DNA of 26,624 nucleotides from positions 1 through 26,624 of IMG/VR virus record IMGVR_UViG_3300031647_000934; one strand, written 5' to 3'. The notes under the pieces are model-generated. The model saw only the letters and a list, made by a program, of their open reading frames with translations. It had not been told where the DNA came from and did no database searches. Numbering within the stretch: the stretch's first letter is position 1; the number at the start of each line of letters is the position of its first letter. A program made the translations under genes and the position numbers. Of the stretch, positions 9,615 to 16,100 are shown piece after piece. This DNA comes from a virus. Lineage: Duplodnaviria > Caudoviricetes.

Positions 9615-9639
9615 AAAGCCCCTTAACAGGGGCTTTTTT
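9615..9639. terminator. Rho-independent terminator between convergent transcription units, probably bidirectional
   Basis: AAAGCCCCT-TAAC-AGGGGCTTT stem-loop with a T-run on the + strand and a weaker TTTCTT on the - strand. Lies between the facing stops at 9609 and 9638. Confidence 0.85.
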
Positions 9640-9820
9640 ATAGACCTAAAACTCGTAAGATGGGTAGGGGTTCCATTCCAAAGAATAAAATCCCTACACC
9701 ATTTATAACTATTAATTTAAAAGCTAAACCTAATACAAAAAACTTTAGGACAAATTTTAGCGTCCAAGGCTCCTTTCCTGTAATTCTTTTCCACAAAGGA
9801 AAGTCCCATTTAGATATCAT
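9638..9820 (-). CDS. Small membrane protein (60 aa)
   Basis: MISKWDFPLWKRITGKEPWTLKFVLKFFVLGLAFKLIVINGVGILFFGMEPLPILRVLGL has a long hydrophobic segment. ATG 9820 overlaps the end of the upstream gene, so it is preferred over the 9916 start. Confidence 0.55.
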   Translation of the reverse strand: MISKWDFPLWKRITGKEPWTLKFVLKFFVLGLAFKLIVINGVGILFFGMEPLPILRVLGL

Positions 9821-10670
9821 TTGTTTGTAACCTTGCGCCTGTAAGTACTCTAGCAACCTTCCATTTAACATCGTTGTACTCTGGGTGGATATTATCCATT
9901 CTAAAATCTTTTTCATGTAGTTTTACAAAAGATGCAAAACGAGTAGGAAAACCTATATTGTACTCTTTACGAGCTTCTTCTACATCTTTACCTATCATAT
10001 CCAAAGGGTTCATAGTCCACAGTGCAGGGTCTACATTTTTTACTATTTTCATAGCTTCTTTTCTTATTCGCATAGGCTCCCAGCTTTCATAATCCCAACA
10101 TCCTCTTAATGCCAGTACCCAAGATGCATATCTAGGTCCTGAATGCTTAGTTGTACCATATGTGACTACTTGTATAGCCATCTCGCCTAAAGACGTAGTG
10201 TCGTAGCGAAATAGTATATGTTGAAAATCATGGCACAAAAAGACATGTCTAGCTACATTTTTTCTTACTTCAAGCCTCCAGTCGTCTCCCCCAAAGTTAC
10301 CTTTAACATGATCATCAAAACGCTTAGCCCAAAGCTCTTCAAAAGACCATTGTTTAATCAGATGTCCATAGTGGCCTCCTACAGTGTTAGGTGCGTAGGT
10401 ACTCATAGTTTCTTCGTTAGTAATTACAGGTAATACCTGCTCAAGTTGATACTTCTTAGCTTTGTCTTCTCTGCCCCATAGTATGTCTCTACCCGCAGTA
10501 GAGGACATATAATGACGCATTAACCTTAAGTTAGAAGGCAATTCCATCTGCGTTATCAACTCTCTAATAACATCTCCTGTTTCTAACTCGTCTTTAGGTA
10601 GATCGAGGTCGGTTTGTCCTTTGCTCCACAAAACTTTTGTTAGCTTCCATATTTTAATTGGGTTCCACAT
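9810..10670 (-). CDS. Coq4-family (ubiquinone biosynthesis COQ4-like) metalloprotein
   Basis: HDFQHILFRYDTTSLGE fits the Coq4 HDxxH-x11-E motif exactly. YAPNTVGGHY and GKDVEEARKEYNI match the family 'LP.gTlG..Y' and 'dleelR.elnI' segments. Confidence 0.75.
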   Translation of the reverse strand: MWNPIKIWKLTKVLWSKGQTDLDLPKDELETGDVIRELITQMELPSNLRLMRHYMSSTAGRDILWGREDKAKKYQLEQVLPVITNEETMSTYAPNTVGGHYGHLIKQWSFEELWAKRFDDHVKGNFGGDDWRLEVRKNVARHVFLCHDFQHILFRYDTTSLGEMAIQVVTYGTTKHSGPRYASWVLALRGCWDYESWEPMRIRKEAMKIVKNVDPALWTMNPLDMIGKDVEEARKEYNIGFPTRFASFVKLHEKDFRMDNIHPEYNDVKWKVARVLTGARLQTNDI

Positions 10671-10683
10671 TTGTATTTTCTCC

Positions 10684-11385
10684 TTATCTGCTGTGTTTTA
10701 GCACGCGTATACGCGCTGACGTGTTGTTAGTAACACTTAAAGTCTCACTAGTTTGATTGTATGTTTTCCATGCATCAAGATCCGTACCGTCTTTGGTTAC
10801 TCTACCTGTAAAAGTTAAAAAACAATAAGTATTTCCAGCTTTATTCACTGTTAAAGATGCTCCTGGTTCTATAGTTTTATAGGCATGAGTATAGCTATCA
10901 AAATTCCCGTTAAGTACAGTGAAACAGGTCATATTTGCTTCACTTGTAATTGTTATTTTTGAGTCTGGAGTATCCAACATCCAAGCAAACCTCCATTCAG
11001 TCCAAGAAGATAATTCTATGTTTTGCTCGCTAAAAAGAAACGCTATTTTGTGAGTATCGAAGGTAAGGTCGCAACTAAAATAAGAAGGCGCTCCTGTCAT
11101 AAGTAAATCTCTATAAGCCTCTACCTCGGCTAGAGTATAGTCTCCAGCGTTCCACTCTTGTTCAATCTTATAAGCACCTTTAGAAATACAGATACCAAAA
11201 CGACATTTAATAACATGTGCTAAAGTAGGGTGTTCATTGTTTATAGTTCCATTATAATGAACAGCGTCAGTTAATGCATCTCTACCTATATAGCTACCCA
11301 CAGGTACATTGAGCGCGCAGGCTACTCTAATATCCGCATTATAAGTACCTTGTAATATAAAAGGTATGTTATGTCTAACTGTCAT
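10684..11385 (-). CDS. Hypothetical 233-aa beta-rich protein, possibly cupin/pirin-like fold
   Basis: GGAGGAG RBS, coupled to the upstream peptide ORF by TAATG. The C-terminal IEPGASLTV...FLTFTGRVTKDG...LSVT...RIRVL pattern resembles pirin C-terminal cupin domains (weak). Confidence 0.6.
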   Translation of the reverse strand: MTVRHNIPFILQGTYNADIRVACALNVPVGSYIGRDALTDAVHYNGTINNEHPTLAHVIKCRFGICISKGAYKIEQEWNAGDYTLAEVEAYRDLLMTGAPSYFSCDLTFDTHKIAFLFSEQNIELSSWTEWRFAWMLDTPDSKITITSEANMTCFTVLNGNFDSYTHAYKTIEPGASLTVNKAGNTYCFLTFTGRVTKDGTDLDAWKTYNQTSETLSVTNNTSARIRVLKHSR

Positions 11386-11477
11386 TACAGCTCCTCCGCA
11401 GTGCCGTGTGTGCCGGCAATACCCTCACTATCAATATCAACAGTACTTTCATCTCCTTCATATTCTAATTCTTCCAT
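11385..11477 (-). CDS. 30-aa acidic peptide (not in the ORF track)
   Basis: MEELEYEGDESTVDIDSEGIAGTHGTAEEL*. GGGAGAATAAAA precedes the ATG, the stop overlaps the next ATG (TAATG), and the ORF exactly fills the gap. Confidence 0.55.
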   Translation of the reverse strand: MEELEYEGDESTVDIDSEGIAGTHGTAEEL

Positions 11478-11479
11478 TT

Positions 11480-12196
11480 TTATTCTCCCTTTGCAGCCAA
11501 CAATTGCGGCCTTAGCTTACCTACTCTTGTTTTAGTTTTTTGTGCAAGATTAAGTATTTCTTTTTCTCTGTAAGCAGGCAACCCTTTAGTATACTCTGCT
11601 AATTTGTCGAAACAGTACGCAAATGTTTCTATAGGGGTTGCTTTGCCTGATAGTAGATTTGGTAAGTAGTTATAAACAGCGGCAGTTTCTCCTGCCATTC
11701 CGTACTTAAAAGCTTCATAACCACCTATACAATCTTTTAATATAGGGTCAGATTTATGATTGATATAACGTGGCATGTATAAAAGTTTTTTACCTGCCAA
11801 TACTCCTGAATCTTTATCAGGTATCTCAAACCACTTATCAGGGTTTATTATAAATATACATAAGTCTATAAATCCCTTTGTTATAGGACTATCTACTAAT
11901 CTATAAGAAGTAGAGTGTTTAGGGTGGTCTACATAAACACCTTCCCGACTTACCGTTAAAGCATACTTTCGTAGTTTTTCTTCTGGAGGAAGATCCCCAT
12001 GCTTTATATCAAGAACAAGACCGCTTGTAACAACTAAAGATAATCCTTTTGCGTGAGCCAAAGCAGTACCAATTTTACTCTTGTTATTAGCTGGCACAAT
12101 TTTATACTTGGCTCTAGGCATATTCTTTTTTATAGAGTTTACAGTTAAAGCGGTTAGATCATTACACTCAAGAATTATTATTTCTAGGCTTGACAT
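11480..12196 (-). CDS. GT-A fold glycosyltransferase-like protein (GT8-like, degenerate)
   Basis: LTVNSIKKNMP, FIDLCIFIINPDKW and LLYMPRYIN resemble the GT8 segments 'i.Sl.kn.p', 'fNsGv.linl.kw' and 'Lp..yN'. The expected DxD appears as TSG. Confidence 0.45.
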   Translation of the reverse strand: MSSLEIIILECNDLTALTVNSIKKNMPRAKYKIVPANNKSKIGTALAHAKGLSLVVTSGLVLDIKHGDLPPEEKLRKYALTVSREGVYVDHPKHSTSYRLVDSPITKGFIDLCIFIINPDKWFEIPDKDSGVLAGKKLLYMPRYINHKSDPILKDCIGGYEAFKYGMAGETAAVYNYLPNLLSGKATPIETFAYCFDKLAEYTKGLPAYREKEILNLAQKTKTRVGKLRPQLLAAKGE

Positions 12197-13043
12197 GAGT
12201 CATCTCCTTATAGTAGTCAAAAAAAGCATCCACGTACTCTTGAGGGTTACTAGATGCTGCGGGTATTAGCCCTGAATACTTACATGACAGAATAGACTTT
12301 AGCTTATTAACATCAGGTTTACCTCCCTTCCATATTGTATTATAAAGTGCACTATAAGTTAAATGCTTATGTCCATGACCAAATAAATAAGTTTTTTTAC
12401 CTTGAGCAAGTGCTACTATGCCCATTTCGGAGTTTTCACAACATCCTACTATACTAGCACTTGTCATAAGCTCGTGTCCGGACAACTTTTTATCTAATAT
12501 ATTTTCTGCTCCGTACCGGTGCTTTAAGTTAGCGACTAAACCAGGAGCTGTTATAGGGTGGCACTTTAGTTTTGCCCCTTGTTTTATAGCATTTTCCATC
12601 TTATCCCAGTCCAGTGCTTCTTTAATAATATTGGTGCCCGGTAAAAAAATAACAAAATCATGTTCACATCTAGCTTTACGAAGTTTGTACTTGTCTACGC
12701 TATTGATCGCTAGATCTTGAAATATTCTTTCCCCTTCTTCGGTTATAGGCGCTTGTGACGCTTTTTGCATAATTTGATGAGTATGATAAGCCCCTGCCGC
12801 TCTAACGTATATAAACTTTGCCATAGCATCTGTGTATAAATATCCATGAACTTTATCTTTATCTCCCAAATCATACCAAACATCATACTCTACGCGTGTG
12901 CCGTTTGGACCGTTACTTGGAAGAAGATCCTTCATTTTTGCAAGAGTATCGTTTTCATTACCCCTGACTATGTTTCCCGACTTAAAAAAGTGTGCGGCCG
13001 GATTACCTAAAACGTCATTCTCAGCCAGTCTTTCTAATGCCAT
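12168..13043 (-). CDS. GT-B fold glycosyltransferase, KpsS/KpsC capsule-synthesis-like
   Basis: KLKCHP and ELMTSASIVGCCENSEMGIVALAQGKKTYLFG match the 'vK.HP ... ll..a..V.t.nS..G.eAl..gKpv...G' signature of CMP-sugar (Kdo/sialyl-type) transferases. Confidence 0.65.
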   Translation of the reverse strand: MALERLAENDVLGNPAAHFFKSGNIVRGNENDTLAKMKDLLPSNGPNGTRVEYDVWYDLGDKDKVHGYLYTDAMAKFIYVRAAGAYHTHQIMQKASQAPITEEGERIFQDLAINSVDKYKLRKARCEHDFVIFLPGTNIIKEALDWDKMENAIKQGAKLKCHPITAPGLVANLKHRYGAENILDKKLSGHELMTSASIVGCCENSEMGIVALAQGKKTYLFGHGHKHLTYSALYNTIWKGGKPDVNKLKSILSCKYSGLIPAASSNPQEYVDAFFDYYKEMTHVKPRNNNS

Positions 13044-13182
13044 TTGTAAGCTCCTCTAACTTGTCTTCCAGCTCTTCAATACGTTCCTCTGTCTCTCTGA
13101 AGTGCTCCATAATTATTTCTATAGTAGTCTCTAGCCTGTTAGACATACCTTTTAACTCTTTTTCAAAATTTATTCCGTCCAT
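13021..13182 (-). CDS. 53-aa acidic coiled-coil protein (not in the ORF track)
   Basis: MDGINFEKELKGMSNRLETTIEIIMEHFRETEERIEELEDKLEELTNGIRKTG*. Clear heptads, overlaps both neighbours and fills the gap. Alternative start ATG at 13146. Confidence 0.6.
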   Translation of the reverse strand: MDGINFEKELKGMSNRLETTIEIIMEHFRETEERIEELEDKLEELTNGIRKTG

Positions 13183-16100
13183 TGTGAACCGTCCCAGTAT
13201 GATGTGTTGTAGTCAGAACCTGATGCAACTTCTGTAGTTTGGCCTGTTGCTGTCCCTCTCTCGAACACAACTGTGCTTGTAGAGTTAGACGTAGAAGTTG
13301 ATAGATTTGTTGTGCGTAACGTTTCAAAAACTGTCGTTACCCCAGTAGCAGTACTTGCCGATGTACCTAAGCTTGTTGCGAATGCAGTATTAAAAGCCGT
13401 AGTAGTCGTACGAGTAGTTGTATTATTAGTGTCAAAACCTGTATTATAGGTAGTCGTAGTAGAAAGACTAGTAGATCCAGTGGTGTCAAAAGTAGTATCG
13501 AAAGAACTAACAGTAGACTTGCTAGTGCCTAAACTAGTCTCAAAGGCAGTAGTAGTATTCCTATTAGTATTAAATACTGTATTATAAGAAGTAGTCGTTG
13601 CCACAGAAGTACTTAACGCTGTACCGAAAGTTGTCGTAAACTGCGTAGAAGTACTAATTGTTGTATTGAATACTGTAGAAGTATTAAACGTTGTTGTTGT
13701 ACCTAACGTAGTGTTAAACGTGGTGGTAGTGTTAAACGTAGTAGTTCTAGAGGTTCCTAAAGCCGTGTCATATGCCGTCGTATACGTAGTTGTAGTATTA
13801 AAAGCTGTAGTGGTATTAAAACTAGTAGTAGTTGCCCGAGTTGTATTAAACGTAGTGGTAGTATTAAACGTAGTTGTATACGTAGTAGTAGTAGCAGCAC
13901 TAGTATTAAAAGTGGTAGTTGTACTTTTGCTAGTGCCTCTGGCAGTAGAAACAGCTAAGCTCGTGTCGAAAACAGAAGTTGTAGCTTTAGACGTACCAAA
14001 CGTAGTAGTAAAGGTAGTAGTATAGGTAGATGCAGTAGTTCTACTAGTGTTAGTGTTAAAAGTAGAGGTTGTGGCTCTAGTAGTTAACGTACCAAGAGTA
14101 GTGGCATACGTAGTTGTAGTACCTCTATTTGTTACAATACCTGTGTTAAAAGTTGTCGTAAACTGTGTAGTACTACTTCTTGTTGTATTTGTTAAGAATG
14201 CACTAACAGTACTTCTACTAGTAGCCGTAGTTAATCCCGTATTAAACGTAGTAGTTGTATTTTTTGAAGTAGCTAAACTCGTATCAAAAGTTGTAGTATA
14301 TGTTGTTGTTGTTGCCACAGAAGTAGCAGTAGCGTATACTGTAGTAGTTGCGCGACTAGTCCCTGTTGCTCTGGTAGTTGTATATACAGTTGTAGTACTT
14401 CTGTTTGTTCCTATACTTGTTGTAAAAGTTGTGGTAAAAGTAGTAGTAGTACCAAACGTAGTACTAGTAGATTTGCTTGTTCCCGTGGCCCGTAAAGTAG
14501 CCGTAGCTTTTGAAGTTACAAAAGTTGTTGTGGTGTTTCTATTTGTTACAATACCTGTGACAAAAGTGGTAGTAGTGCCAAACGTAGTACTCGTCCCTCT
14601 ACTCTCTGCAGTAGCTCTAGATGTGTTAAACACAGATGAAGTAGTATATGCTGTAGTAGTAGTAAATACAGTGCCGCTAGCTCTAGAGGTTTGTGTAGTT
14701 CTACTCTCTGCAGTATTACGAGCAGTATTGAAAGAAGTAGTTGTACCTCGGCTAGTAGCAGTTGTTCTACTCTCTGCAGTATTACGAGCAGTATTGAAAG
14801 AAGTAGTTGTACCTCGGCTAGTAGCAGTTGTTCTGCTCTCTGCAGTATTACGAGCAGTGTTGAAAGAAGTAGTTGTATTTTTCGCAGTATTGAAAGAAGT
14901 TGTAGTATTTCTCGCAGTGTTAAAAGAAGTAGTTGTACTTCTCGCAGTATTCTTTGAGGTAACAAACGTAGTCGTTCTCGCAGTGTTGAAAGAAGTCACA
15001 AACGTAGTCGTTCTCGCAGTATTCTTAGTAGTAGTAGTATTTCTCGAAGTGTTGAAAGAAGTCACAAACGTAGTCGTTCTCGCAGTATTCTTAGTAGTAT
15101 TTCTCGAAGTGTTGAAAGACGTACCAAACGTAGTTGTTCTCGAAGTAGAAAAAGTCGCACTAACTAGTCTTCTTTTAATCCTTGAATAGTATGCTACCAT
15201 ACCCTTACCCACAGTGGACGCAGTGACTGCCCCTGCATCTTCGTATACATAGCCTCCTGCAGTGAGAGTACCAGTAGGATTAGACCCTCCACCACTGGTA
15301 GTAGTGCCAACAGTGGTGCCGTTCCAGATATAATAGTTGGTAGCATTGAAATTACTACTACCCACATAATATGTAGGAGCGGTTAGACTGTATTGTGCAG
15401 CACCATAAGATCCTGCACCTGTTGTATTAAAAGTGGTCGTTCTTGAAGTATTCTTTGACGTGACAAAGGTAGTTGGTTTTGCGGTACCAAATGTAGTCGT
15501 TCTTGAAGTATTCTTTGAGGTGCCAAACGTAGTAAGTGTTCCTACTACAGTACCAAAAGTAGTCGTTCTCGCAGTATTCTTTGAGGTAACAAAAGTGGTT
15601 GTTCTCGCAGTATTGAAAGAAGTCACAAACGTAGTGCTAGTAGCCTTTGAGGTAACAAACGTAGTACTAGTAGCCCTTGAGGTACCAAAGGTAGTACTAG
15701 TATTCTTTGAGGTACCAAAGGTAGTGGCAGTAGTATACGCTGTAGTAGTTCCAAACGTAGTAGTAGTAGACTTTGAGGTACCAAAAGTAGTGGCAGTAGT
15801 ATACGCTGTAGTAGTTCCAAACGTAGTAGTAGTACCCTTTGAGGTAACAAAGGTAGTGCCAGTAGTATACGCTGTAGTAGTTCCAAACGTAGTAGTAGTA
15901 TTTCTACTAGTAGTAGTTCCTCTACTCTCTGCAGTAGCTCTAGATGTGTTAAACACAGATGAAGTAGTATACGCTGTAGTAGTATTTCTACTAGTAGCTG
16001 TACCTCTGTTAGTGTTGAAGGAACTCGTATAAACTGTATTAGTAGATAGACTAGTATTAAACGCAGTCGTAGTATTAAATACAGTATTAGTGTTGTAAGA

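Larger units (their letters stand above)
14596..15971. repeat. 53-bp exact direct repeat pair (14596-14648 and 15919-15971) flanking the centre of the Thr-rich gene
   Basis: cctctactctctgcagtagctctagatgtgttaaacacagatgaagtagtata occurs at both sites, 1323 bp (441 codons) apart. Confidence 0.9.

Noticed and set aside
9821-9916. N-terminal extension of the small membrane ORF given in the ORF track, and a holin call for it
   Set aside because: The extension lies inside the Coq4-like gene. No endolysin or spanin is adjacent to support a holin assignment.
14546-15886. Leu-rich and Ser/Cys-rich alternative-frame ORFs (14546-14965, 14691-14957, 15623-15886)
   Set aside because: Frame-shifted readings of the 66-bp repeats inside the fibre gene.
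14679-15899. 66-bp periodic repeats as a CRISPR array
   Set aside because: No unique spacers. The repeats are in-frame coding duplications and no cas genes are present.
14596-15971. Repeat pair as diversity-generating retroelement TR/VR or as invertible-segment ends
   Set aside because: The copies are identical and direct, with no adenine-specific mismatches. No reverse transcriptase or invertase is in the window.
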